The notes below the pieces were generated by a model, which did not search any database, was not told where the DNA came from, and worked only from the letters and a program-made list of their open reading frames with translations. This document shows, in pieces, positions 1 to 12,094 of a DNA stretch of 64,000 nt. Each line of letters opens with the position of its first letter. Within the stretch, counting starts at the first letter, position 1. The DNA comes from the human T2T-CHM13v2.0 reference genome, Homo sapiens, in assembly GCF_009914755.1 (NCBI RefSeq), contig NC_060927.1. The stretch is one strand, 5' to 3'. A program made the translations under genes and the position numbers.

Positions 1-27
1 ATACAGACCCTAAGACAGCCTTCCTTC

Positions 28-342
28 TCTTTTTTCTCTCTCTTTCTTCTTTCTTTCTTCTCGAAACGGAGTCTTGCTCTGTCACCCAGGCTTGAGTGCA
101 GTGGCACCATCTAGGCTTAGTACAACCTCTGTCTCCCGGTTCAAGCAATTTTCCTGCCTCAGGCTCCTGAGTAGCTGGGATTACAGGCATGTGCCACCCA
201 CGCCCGGCTAATTTTTGTATTTTTAGTAGAGACGGGGTTTTACCATGTTGGCCAGGCTGGTCTTGAAATCCTGACCTCGTCATCCGGCCGCCTCGGCCTC
301 CCGAAGTGCTGGGATTACAGACGTGAGCCACTGCTTCCAGCC
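28..342 (-). mobile_element. AluS-type SINE with CT/TTTC-rich tail
   Basis: Reverse-complement Alu dimer; degenerate TSD ca(g/t)ccttcctt. Confidence 0.92.
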
Positions 343-930
343 CATCCTTCCTTATTTAACTAGGGAATCAATCAGCTTTCTTTGGGGATGGCTGGGAAAG
401 GTTGAAGAAAGAATGTATGCTCCACCTGAGCCTTGAAGGATGAATAATTCACAAGGGCACAAAGTGGGAAAAAAAATTCTAAACAGAAGGATGGAGATGT
501 AGAAGGGCGGGGATGGTGGGACTAAGGTTCTAGAAGCAGACAGAGTGAGAAGGCTAGAAGGATTGCCAGATTTAGAGTCCACATGAATGAATGGTGGGCT
601 GCTAGTGGTGGCATGCTGGGAGGAAGGGAGCTGCAGGAGGGGGAGCCCAGCCACAGGACCCCCAGGGGCAGGAAGAGTCCAGGGTCTCCAGGGTTTCCTA
701 TGTCCATTGAGGGAGTGTTTCTGGGATAAGAGGCTTCTTAGGGAGAACACAGAAGAATCTGTTCAAATGGAACTTTGGTAGAAGGTACACTGGGACCCAG
801 GGTAGCCCGGCAGCAGCTCTGATGGCTTCTCTGGTTCCCCTTCTTTGGGTGGGTCAGCCTTCTCCGGGCCCCTCCTGGCCAGCCCCAGATTACAGTTTCT
901 GAAAAGACTCCTCTCGGGAGTCATTTCTCT

Positions 931-936
931 TTTATT
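931..936 (-). terminator. Candidate distal poly(A) signal AATAAA
   Basis: TTTATT on the plus strand; hexamer evidence only. Confidence 0.3.
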
Positions 937-1156
937 ATGGTACCACTTGGACAGCACACACACAGCACAAGAAACTGCAAACCCATGCACAGAATAAATT
1001 AGGAAATTCCTGTTTAAAAGTAGATGATAGAAGAAGCTGTGCTTCCAGGAGGGCCTCATGGTTCAGTGCCTGGAGAGTCCAGGGGTGTCAGCAGCCCCCA
1101 AGATTCCATGATAAATTGATGATACATTTAGAGCCAAATGCCCCCCTCTGAGAATA

Positions 1157-1162
1157 TTTAAT
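1157..1162 (-). terminator. Candidate poly(A) signal ATTAAA
   Basis: TTTAAT on the plus strand, about 1.5 kb past the stop codon. Confidence 0.5.
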
Positions 1163-1594
1163 AAGGCCTGAATTCCTTCATGCAAACATGTGCACACCCA
1201 CAGATGTATACACAGGACTCGGGGCAGGGGACAGCCTGGACATGACAGCCAGCTCAGCAATAAGCACAGTGGACCCAGGTGTGCTCTCCCTGTGGCTCTG
1301 GTGGTGGCTGAGTTCCTCGCACTCATCCTTCACCAGCTCCCCAGCTCCCTTGGGAGGTGCCAGTGTGGCCTTTGGCAGTGAGGAAGTGGAGGCCCGTTTC
1401 CTGAGGTGAGGACCCAGGTCTATTATTCTGGACTATAGGGGAGCACATCCCAGCTTTCTTACATGAGCCTTGCTTTTTTGTCTCGTCTGCCAAGCGTCAC
1501 CTGCCATTCCCAGAAGAACACATGAAGCCATGTGTCCCTGGGAAAACCCACCTACTTGAGTCCCAGGAGCTGTGTGTACATCTCTGTCCAGCAG

Positions 1595-1740
1595 TGTGAT
1601 GTTGCGGGAAACTACCTCATTTCTCTAAGCCTCATAATCCTTGTCTGTAAAAATGAAAGTGTCTACTTCACAGGGTTATCAAAAGGAATCACAAAAATAT
1701 GATATTGCCAAGTACTATGCTGGACTCAAGTGAAATATTC
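1595..1740 (+). mobile_element. MIR fragment in the 3' UTR
   Basis: MIR core-like ctctaagcctc...tctgtaaaaatg...cacagggtt. Confidence 0.6.
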
Positions 1741-1785
1741 AAATCCTGTTTTCTTTCCTGTTTTCGTGTCCCTCGTGTCTTCCTT

Positions 1786-1791
1786 TTTATT
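1786..1791 (-). terminator. Candidate proximal poly(A) signal AATAAA
   Basis: TTTATT on the plus strand; hexamer evidence only. Confidence 0.3.
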
Positions 1792-2694
1792 TCTCCATTT
1801 GGCTTCCAGGTTTATGTGTCTGTTGGTAGTCATGTAACCCCAATGGAACCAAAAGCACTCTTGACCAACAGGTTCTCCCATACCCCAACAGAAATTGCTG
1901 GTGTGTGCCTCCCCGCAGTACAAAACTGCATCAGTGGGTGAATCAAGAGGATGAGCCACAGGACAAGGGGACAGTGGGGACAGTCAGGACCTCAGGTACA
2001 TCCGATCCCAGGGGAGAGATCTGGGAAGCCTGCGGGCGCATGGAGATCTGTCTCAGAGAGGAGGGTAAAGTGCCATAATGGTGGAAAGACACCATCAAGA
2101 AATAGTGGTGTAGGGGTGGCTCTGAGCTGGGTCTGGCCAGAAGCTGGAATCTAGGGAGGTGCTGTTCACAACATTCAGCAGAAATAAAACCACTGCCTTC
2201 CAGGAGTGGGAGGCCCAAGGATGTAGGAGACTTATCTTCCTGGTACGTCTGTCCACCAAAAGGCCAGTTTGATGGGTCACAGTCCACACCTCAAGTTCTA
2301 CAGAAATTTCCCATGCATCTCTCCATCTGTCTGTCCATTCAGCCATCCATCTGAATATATTAAGAGTTTTACAGAATGTAGGCTGACCTGGACAGAAAAT
2401 CCTATGTGTTCATTCAGCACCTTTTATCCAAGGAGTCAGTGTCTTTCATAGTCACTCAACTGGAGTCTTTTATAGTAAGGCTGCGAGGTAGTAACAGGAC
2501 AGGCAATGCCTCTCTTTTTATAGATCAAGAAGTACTCAAAGTAACACAGTGAGCCTAGCTGAAACATGGTATGGGCTGGTCAAATGCAGGGCACTAATCT
2601 GTTCCCCAAAGACCAGAAATTGGCTCTTCTCCTGTGGGCCTTGGTACAGCTTCTCTTGGACTGACCTCTGTGTCTAGACCAGCTCTGTTGCTTT

Positions 2695-4047
2695 TCACAC
2701 CAGCGTGGGTTTCAAGTCATCTTTGAAGTTCACAATAGGCTTGGAGCGGGCCCACAGCTTTTCCCAGGAAGCCAGCCCCCCAGTAGGCTCAGGGTCAGTG
2801 TCTGATGTGCCACTGTCACTAGAGTCAGAAGAGCTCTGGAAGCAGATTTCACAGTAGGGCCGGTGGCAGCGGCAGAAGAACTCATCTGAGCTGCTGGACT
2901 CAGTATCAAAATAGCTGTGTTGAGAAGACAGGGAGGCACAGCCTGAGGGCACTGGGGGCCACAGCTGCCACTGTTCAGGCAAGTCAGGTGAGGCTTTGGA
3001 GAGGCATGGGGCAGCAGGACTTGGGGCCCGGCCAGAACCAGAAGGCTGGCGAAGAAAGGCTGCTTTGCTCCCTCTAGCCCCCTCGGGCTCTGTCTGGCTT
3101 TGTTTGCTGCCCTCCAGGGTACCTGGTCTGTCTTGAGGATCTGAAGGTAGTGAAGGCTTCCTGGAAGAAGGTCTTCGTACTCTGGAATCAGTAGTTTGTG
3201 GGGCCAGGCTGGGGCTGTCCCCATTCTGCACATGTAGCCTGCTGTGTGCCCCAGGAACAGTCCTGTTTGCCCGATGCCCCACAGATGAGGGTGCAGAGCC
3301 AGGAAAGTGTGAGCGGGCCCGCTGAGCTGCCCGCCTTCTCCTCACCATGTAAGGGCTAAAGCCCAGCTCCTTGGAGAGGGGCATCTTTTGGGGGCTGAAG
3401 GCAGCACTGTTCTTCCAGGTTTGCTGATGACAAGAGGGGGCGGTGGAGAGGGAAGCCTCAGGGCCCAGGCCCAGATCTTGTAAGACCTCCTGAAGTTTCT
3501 CCCTGATTACTGAACTAACCCGTGACCGCCGCTCTGGGGGCTCCTCTGAGTTCTCCAGATGCCTCTGTCTCTGGGGATCTGAGCCGCCTCTATCTGGTAG
3601 GAGACTCTGGCTGGGGTTCATGGGGACTTGGTCTCCTCTTTCTGGACCCAGGCTTTGCTCAGTCCATGGCTTCTGGCTACAACCTGAGTCTAAATGATCA
3701 GAAAAGTCTTTTGAGTCAGATATCTTCTCCTCCTTCCCTGGGGAGAAGCTGGAGTCCTTCCCAGGCCCCTCAAGGCTTTGTGCATATGAGGAGGGCCCTG
3801 AAGTGCACTGGGAATCCCGGGCAGCCATGCCAGGATCATTCTGAAAGTCAGAGAGGTGACCCGAAGGCCCCTGAGCAGCTGCCAGGGTGTGGACCGAGGC
3901 TACCGCCTGGACGTCCTTGTTCGGGGAAGAGGCAGGTGGGGCAGCCCCCTCTGGGAGGTCATAGGTGCACTCAGCTGACATCAGCCTCACAATCTTCTCT
4001 TTGGCGTTGTTTACTTGTTCCTGCAGGCTTTCAATCACAGCATTTTT
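2695..4047 (-). CDS. GPR156: GPR156 last coding exon (K365-V814 plus stop): end of coiled coil and long disordered C-terminal tail
   Basis: ORF 2695..4110 from KNAVIESLQEQ to KDDLKPTLV*. Acceptor ttttattttacag|AAA at 4048/4047. Phase 0 join to the previous exon gives ...MERLLTE|KNAV... Matches recalled human GPR156. Confidence 0.97.
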   Translation of the reverse strand, partial: KNAVIESLQEQVNNAKEKIVRLMSAECTYDLPEGAAPPASSPNKDVQAVASVHTLAAAQGPSGHLSDFQNDPGMAARDSQCTSGPSSYAQSLEGPGKDSSFSPGKEEKISDSKDFSDHLDSGCSQKPWTEQSLGPERGDQVPMNPSQSLLPDRGGSDPQRQRHLENSEEPPERRSRVSSVIREKLQEVLQDLGLGPEASLSTAPSCHQQTWKNSAAFSPQKMPLSKELGFSPYMVRRRRAAQRARSHFPGSAPSSVGHRANRTVPGAHSRLHVQNGDSPSLAPQTTDSRVRRPSSRKPSLPSDPQDRPGTLEGSKQSQTEPEGARGSKAAFLRQPSGSGRAPSPAAPCLSKASPDLPEQWQLWPPVPSGCASLSSQHSYFDTESSSSDEFFCRCHRPYCEICFQSSSDSSDSGTSDTDPEPTGGLASWEKLWARSKPIVNFKDDLKPTLV

Positions 4048-4747
4048 CTGTAAAATAAAAGCAAAACCATCAACAAAAGATGCCGCCGAGGGTTCCATAG
4101 TGCCCACCATGGTGGAGAAGGTGTGGCTTTCAAAGAACCTTGGCTGAAATCTCAGTTCTTCCAGTGTATTGGCTGGTGACCTCAGGTTCTAAGGAGGTGC
4201 CTCCCTCCAGTGAAATGAGTTGATGCATGTAAAGTGCTAGCACAATAACTGACATAAACGGTGCTCAATAAAGGCCAACCATGATTTATTGTCATTATCT
4301 TGGTCTTCTCCTTACATCCCCACACTGTGCGGCATTGCTTATGAAGAGCAAGGAGGCCCAGTCTGAGTGCCTGCTGGCCACTGCAGCGCCCTCTCACCTT
4401 TCCCAGAACTGAGAGGGTCAGGCCACTCCGCAGGTATGAGCTGAATAATGTTTGGAATGGTACCACTTGGAGTTTATCACACTTTTGCAAAAATTTAGAT
4501 AAATGTGAAGCATATCTCCAGGGGATGAAGAAGTAGGAGAACAAGTATTTTGCCTCTTACTAAACAGCCTAGAAAATGGGAAGAACAAGGAGAAGGGTGG
4601 AGATTTCTGTGACAATCAAATAAGATTGGAGCTGAGAGGGGCCAAAGAGAATCTCAGGTTGGTGTTATCACCTCCCTAGGCTGGACCTCTGGGAGTGAGT
4701 GGCCAAAGCTACCATGTGGCAATATCAGCTGTTGATTTCACCTAAAG

Positions 4748-5078
4748 CAGGGGTCCCCAACTCCTGGGCCATGGACCAGTACTAGTCCATGGACTGTTAG
4801 GAACCAGGCCGCACAGCAGGAGGTGAGCAGTGGGTGAGGAAGCATTACCACCTGAGCTTCCATCAGATCAGCTGAGACATTAGATTCTCACAGAAGCGCA
4901 AACCCTATTGTGAACTGCACATGTGAGGGGTCTAGGCTGTACACTCCTTATGAGAAGCTAATGTCTGATGATCTGAGGTGGAACAGTTTCATCCCGAAAC
5001 CATCCCCCCACCACTATCTGTGGAAAAACTGTCTTCCACGGAAGTGGTCCCTGGTGCCAAAAATGTTGGGAACCACTC
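4748..5078 (+). mobile_element. MER1B (hAT-Charlie) DNA transposon
   Basis: Starts CAGGGGTCCCCAA and ends ...TTGGGAACCACTC. Perfect 8-bp TSD ACCTAAAG at 4740-4747 and 5079-5086. Confidence 0.9.
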
Positions 5079-8000
5079 ACCTAAAGGAGTGCAAGCATCA
5101 GAACTATTGAAGAAGCACAAAGAAATGAAAGGACTGTTGGGCTTAAGCCCCTGCTAGCTTGATTCAGCAGCCCTAGAATGGAGCCCAGGAGACGAAGGAG
5201 CCTGGGGCAGTTCTGCTACTGACCTGCCTACTCGCTGGATGTTAGCTGGTAAACAAGTTGTGCCGGAGAGGGCTGGCAGGTGAGAGCTGCAGAGGTGTGC
5301 CTGTCCTAACTGCGAGATTGTGGGGCATGAAGTAGGAGTAGGAGTGTTGGCAGTGGGTTGCAGGGAACGACTGCAGCCCAGACATCTTTCTGTGGTGCAG
5401 CAGCTGATTCTCTAGTTCAGACTGTGTGTCCATCTCTGGAAACTTCTGATCCTCAAAGGCAGAGCAGGGAGGAGATATTCACAGGGAACGTCTGGACTTG
5501 GGGCAGATGACATGGGGTCGAGGGTTCTGGGAAGGCAATAATGTAAGCAAATGTTCTAGAAAGTGCTTGTCTGAACACCAAAATGCTACCTCTTTGTTAC
5601 TATCATCTTTAGGAGCTGGGCATGAGCATTTGGACCTCCATTTATTATGCCCTAGAAACAAAAGGATGTTCCCTGTGTTAGGATAACCAATACAAATTGC
5701 CTAGTTATACCGTCCATAACAGCTAACTAGGACTACTAGTTATAGAGTGAACCTGTGGTTTCATCTCAGGTTTACATGGGAGAGTTGCCTAGAAATGATC
5801 CTTTAAGGGAGCAGTAGCTTAAGCAAAATAGTCCAATATTCTGACTAGCAACTCTCCAAGCAGATGCACTGCTCCCCTTGTAGAATTGGGAAGGTGATTT
5901 TTCTGATAGTTGGTATTGCTAGTTTCACCCTGGTTGAGTATACTTCTTTTACCATCAGAAGAGAGTCCAGGGCCAGTGAGGGACTGGTGAGTAAGGTAGA
6001 AGAGACTTTCAGCTGAGCACATGTGTGCCTGTCCTCCCTCCCTTCCCTCTGCCCGCAGAGTGGTGAGGTCTGGGTGTTGCTGGGTGAGTGCAGATGACTC
6101 AAGGACTTGTCAGGGGCAGAATGGATGAGCAATAGGGAAACACTCAGGTGTTTGTGATCCTGGGCTGTGCCAGGCATCTCTCTGAGGATCTCATGGGGGG
6201 ACCTCAACTCCCTCCTCCACCAGCCTCTCCTCCTGAAGCCCATCGTGCACATTCTCATGTGGGCTTCTGGAGGCCTCTATAGCCTCACAGAGTTAGGAAG
6301 GACCCATCGGCAGATGGCAACTACTCCCGTGGGTGAAATCTGAGTGCTGTCTTTTTGTGCCTTATCTATAAACTCCTTTGAGTATAGAAAGATACTATAA
6401 ACATGGAGTTGGGAAGAAGCTGGCTGGTGACAGATTTAGAAACATCAACCTAAACAGAAAATTTCCTTCTTCCAGAAAAAGAAGTGGGACTCTGTTTTTA
6501 CCATGGCTGCATACTAATTAGAGGTGTGGTGTGAGGCACTGCCATTATGAGACTGAAATCTGACCTACCACGGCAGCTGCACTTCAATGAGCTTATTAAT
6601 TATTATTTTTGGCATATTGAGGGAAGCAAAACATCCACCTGCATGTTTCACAGGGGGCAGGCCATAAGGAGACATGGAATTAGCCTCTTGTTTCTATGGT
6701 TCAGGTAACAAAAGTAATAGGTTTGTTTACTTGGCTGCAGAGTGTATGAGGAAAGCACTTCAGCCTTGTGGAAGGTTCTGTCTGCTGGCCTTCTCTTAGA
6801 CAGGGAAGTCAGTGATAGATGTGATAGATGCTGTCCGAAACAGCTTCTGGGGGGACCCCTGGCTATAGAGGCAAGAGGGGAAAGTGTGAGAAGATGGGGC
6901 TGCCCAGATCACGGGAAAGTAAGAGGAAGGCCTGAGTGGGGGAGTGGGGCCTGCACAGGAAGGCACTGCACACCATGGGCCAGAGTCAAGGTCTGTGCGT
7001 ATGTTGAGCCAGGAGAGATACTCATGTTTCTCTAACGGGCAATGCTGGAGCTGGGGATGCAGATGCTGGAACCTCCTGACACCTGCCACCGGGCCCTAGG
7101 ACTGGCCGCTTGTTCTCTGGCCTGTTCTGGGAAAGAGATTCCAGGTGTAGCGTGCACTGGGGAGGCCAGCTTCTTACCACTTGTGCACCTGTGCCCATTG
7201 AAGGGCTTCCTCTGCAGACTCAAAGCATCTTTTTGGATATAGCAGATTGAGTCCCTGCGTGGGAAACAGGGTAGCATGGCAGAAGTACAAACAGCACGTT
7301 GCAAATTACCATAAGGCTAAAGAGTCAGTCCACTTGGCTGTTCCAGCATCAGCTGACTGTGAATGAAAACTATCCTGGCTGTTCTAGCCAAGTTTCTGGC
7401 CTTCTGTGTAGCCAGGAAAAAAAAATGCTTATTTGAAGACTTCACAGAGTATCAAAGGCAATATTACTCCCTTGCCAGGTGGAAAGAAATCTGGCTTTGA
7501 AATACTTAATAGTAAAGAAATGGAGAGGTGTTACTCTGATGGACAAAAATGGTCCAGAACCATAGAGGGGCATGAACGGTGGGTGCCTGGGTGTGCTGAG
7601 TCCCTTCATCTGTTGTGTTTTCTAGGTCCCCACCACACTATCCTCTCATCAGGGACTATTAATACCTAGGCAGCAGTCCTAAAAAAAAAAAGCCCAGTTT
7701 CCCAAATAACACCTCCTGAGATAGGTTCTAAACTGAAAAAAATATGGAATGTAATTCAGTTAGTGTCAAAATACTGACTAACTCCCCTGGGCCCTGTGCC
7801 TTCTTCCTGAGTCAACGAAGCCTTCAAACCTTTCCACGTGCTTTCTTCATGCCTGCACCACACTGCCCAAGTCTGGGAGAGGGGCCAACTCTGGCTCAAA
7901 TACAGAAGAAAGAAGCCCGGGGGAGCTGCCTCATTCTCCCTTGGTGCTACAATCACATTCAGAAGCCCTTGTTTAGTCCCCTTCTCCATCTGTAGACATG

Positions 8001-8119
8001 CCTGGACTTTCTGGGATGATGGGCTGATTGAGATCTGTAGCCAGTACCTGGGAAAGACAGTAAGGACCCCAGGAGATCTTGGACATGAAGACACTACTCT
8101 ATGTAAAAAGAGAAAATGA

Positions 8120-8449
<330 letters not shown>

Positions 8450-8977
8450 CTAGTGTCCACCACATTTCAGGGCCTTTACAATGCTGTTCCCGCAGCTTGG
8501 AATACTTTTCCCTGTACTCTTTGCCTGGCTAATTTGTACTTAACCTTCAGCCCTCAGCTCAATGAGTCTTTTCTGACTGGTCTAAGTTATGTTTTCTTGT
8601 CCTTACCACACATTATTCTGTCTTACCACTCTGATTTTTCTTTCATAATTCTTATGACAATGTATAATTACATGTTTGCTTGATGAATGAATCTCTATTT
8701 CTTCCACTAGACTGTGAGCTCTGTGAGGGTAGGAACCATGCTTTTGTTCATTGTTCACTGGCACAATGCCTGGCACATAGGAGTGACTCATTATACATCT
8801 GTCCACTGAATGAATGAAGTAGATGCGTGTCACGGTGGAAATGGTGAGGTTTTGCTTGCTGTTAAGAGAAGTGGGAGAATGAGAGGAAAAGAGAACATCA
8901 GCAATAAGAGCCTTGGGGGCCACCGATGCATGATTGGATGCTTTACAGGGAATCTTCCAGGCAGGGGCAGAGCTTAC

Positions 8978-9136
8978 TTCTGTGAGGAGCCTCTCCATGG
9001 AGCTTTTCTCTCCCCTCGGGTGGCAGTTCTCCTCCTCACCATACTGGGTATGGAAGCTTTTGTTGGGAGTGCTGAAATATTTGGCCATGCGTCTGATTGT
9101 TTGGTTTTCCTCTTCAAATGCCTTCCATTGCTTCAG
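8978..9136 (-). CDS. GPR156: GPR156 coding exon, 159 nt (L312-E364), proximal C-tail and start of coiled coil
   Basis: Acceptor tatctaacag|CTG, donor GAA|gtaagc. Encodes LKQWKAFEEENQTIRRMAKYF...MERLLTE. Phase 0-0. Confidence 0.96.
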
Positions 9137-9371
9137 CTGTTAGATAAAAGAACACATGTTATTTATTTAATTACACATCCAGAAACACACTCTCTCACTC
9201 TTTCTCATAAACACCAAGGAATGACACTATCATAGATACACACATGCGCAAGCTATTCTCTCCTTAAAATGTACTTTGCTCTGGAGGGCTCAAAGATGGT
9301 AATGACAAAAGGTCCTTACCTTTTGTAATTATACAAAATGTTAAGGTTATATAATTTTTAAAATGCCAAAG

Positions 9372-9560
9372 GGCTGGGTGCAATGGCTCACTCCTATAAT
9401 CCCAGCTACTCAGGAGGCTGAAGTGGGAGGATCACTTGAGCTCAAGAGTTTCAGGCTACTGTGAGCTATTGTTGTGATACTGTACTCTAGCCTGGGTGGC
9501 AGAGTGAGACCCAATCTTAAAAAAAAAAAACAAAAACCCAAAACACCCTAAAAACAAACA
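9372..9560 (+). mobile_element. Alu monomer (FRAM/FAM-like)
   Basis: Single right-arm-like monomer with A-rich tail. Confidence 0.8.
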
Positions 9561-10839
9561 CAAATTTCCAAAGGAAGAATAGGACAGGTAGATAAAAGAG
9601 AACAGCCTTAGCCCATCTGCCTACCCATTGCCAAACTGGTCAAAGAAAACCAGAGCTGAAGTATCTTCTACCACCACATTCTAAAGCCAGAGTTAGGAGC
9701 TATCCTGGGGTTAAGCAACCTGAACACTATAAGTTTCAAATGACACTTTCTCGTTGCATGCAGCTATTTAATTATTTTTCATTTGTTCAGTAACAATGTG
9801 CTTGCTGCTATTGAAAATTCAGTTCCTTTGGGTGAACTTCTAACCCAAGTCAATAATCAAGGCTCAGAGAGCCTTTGAGGGCAGCCCCCTAGTCACATCA
9901 GGATGCTCTAGCTCATCACCCAGTTTCTTTGACAAACTAGGAAAGGCTCAGGAGTGTTGTGTCTAAGCTTACACAGCCACTTAGCAGCAGAACAACAGCT
10001 GTAAGCAGGACACTGTGCCATGTCTGTGTCCTCACTCAGTTGATGAAGAGAGAGACTGTTAACGGTGGCAGTCCAAGGAAAGCTCTTCAGGAGAAACTGG
10101 TCTTGAGGAACACTCTGCAGAAGCATGGGCTGGTTTAGTTTAACAGGAATGAAGCTGAACATAGAAACAGGAGCCTCTGCCTGAGTCTGTGGGGTACTGC
10201 TGACCCACCGAATGACAGTAATGTGAGTGACGCAGGAAGCCACAGTGGGGAAGGCCTCTGTTTTCCTCTCAGGAATCCCCATAACTAAGTGTCCTAGTGA
10301 TGGACACTGGGGACCCTGGGATCTTGATTCTAGAAATGATGCTGCAGTGTCTATGGGTAGCCTCAAAGGGATCCTGGGATTTCTTTACTCATCCATCAAA
10401 CATTTGTTAAGCTCCGACCATGGAGTGTAAACCAAATTTTGTAAATCTCAGATAGGATTCTGAATCCTGCCATCAATTTCAATGCCACTGAAATTGATAT
10501 TATCACCCAAGTCCTCTTGGGTCCTCTGCTGACTCATCATGAGTCCATCATCGCACCAGGAGTCTGTGTGACCTGTGTTGGGTCAGGCCTGGTACCTCCC
10601 CTCTCAGATGCCCTTCTTGAAAGCCCCCTCCCCACGAAAGGATGCTCTCAGCTCACCATCCTACTTGGGAGCTACTGGAGCCAACAACACAAGGTCATCT
10701 GTGGCCTTGGGTGGATGAATCAGACCTCCTAGGGTTATTCTCCTCACACTGACCCTGGCAGTGCTGCAGTACAGCTTTTCCTTCATCTCCCCCAGCACTC
10801 CCAGGAGGGAGGGAGGAGAGCCAGAGTTGGAGAAGGAGA

Positions 10840-11156
10840 TGTGACAATGGAAACAGGGGGGAGAGAGAGAAAGATTTGAATCTCTTCTGGCAGATTTGAA
10901 CCTGGCTGGCTTAGAAGGTGGAGGAGGGGACAATAAGCACAAGAATGCAGACGGCCTCTAGAAGCTGAAAAAGACAAGGAAACAGATTCTCCCCTTGCAT
11001 CTCTGGAGGGAATACAGACTTCCTGACACCTTAAGTTTAGCCAAATAAGACCTATTTCAGATTTCTGACCTCCAAAATTTTAAGATAATAAACTTGTATT
11101 ATTTTAAGCCACTAAGCTTGTGGGAATTTGTTATAGCAGCAGTGGGAAACTAATAT
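10840..11156 (+). mobile_element. MLT1 (ERVL-MaLR) LTR fragment
   Basis: Typical MLT1C/D 3' end: ...aataaacttgtattattttaagccactaagcttgtgggaatttgttatagcagcagtgggaaactaata. Confidence 0.8.
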
Positions 11157-11485
11157 GGTGGGACTAAATGTCAACTCTTTAACAGGGTCCAGCAGGGCCT
11201 CAGAAGCTCCCCAGGTGTGTCTCTCCCCAGTCCTGTCATTCTCCCCCTGGTTTCCATTTGTGCTTCAAAAATAACAAAGACCATGGTGCTCCAAACATAC
11301 GCTACTCTCTTTCTAGCCTCCCTGCCTCTGGTCATGATGTTATTCCATCAGAAATGCCACCTACTTTCCCCCATCTCTTCAATGAACTCTTATGTTTCCT
11401 TCAAGACTGAGCTCGAACACCTCATCTTCCTTCCTTCCTTCCTACCTCCCTCCTTCCCTCCCTCCCTCTCTCCCTTCCTTCCTTC

Positions 11486-12094
<609 letters not shown>

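Larger units (their letters stand above)
1141..2694 (-). other. GPR156: GPR156 3' UTR (distal end approximate)
   Basis: Follows the TGA at 2695-2697. End inferred about 15-20 nt beyond ATTAAA at 1157-1162; alternative ends are possible. Confidence 0.65.

Noticed and set aside
3522-4058. 178-aa plus-strand ORF antisense to the last exon
   Set aside because: Shadow ORF of a GC-rich coding exon; GTG start and no recognisable homology.
4048-4110. N-terminal MVGTMEPSAASFVDGFAFILQ of the 471-aa ORF as an independent start
   Set aside because: It is intronic sequence upstream of a canonical acceptor; no promoter evidence.
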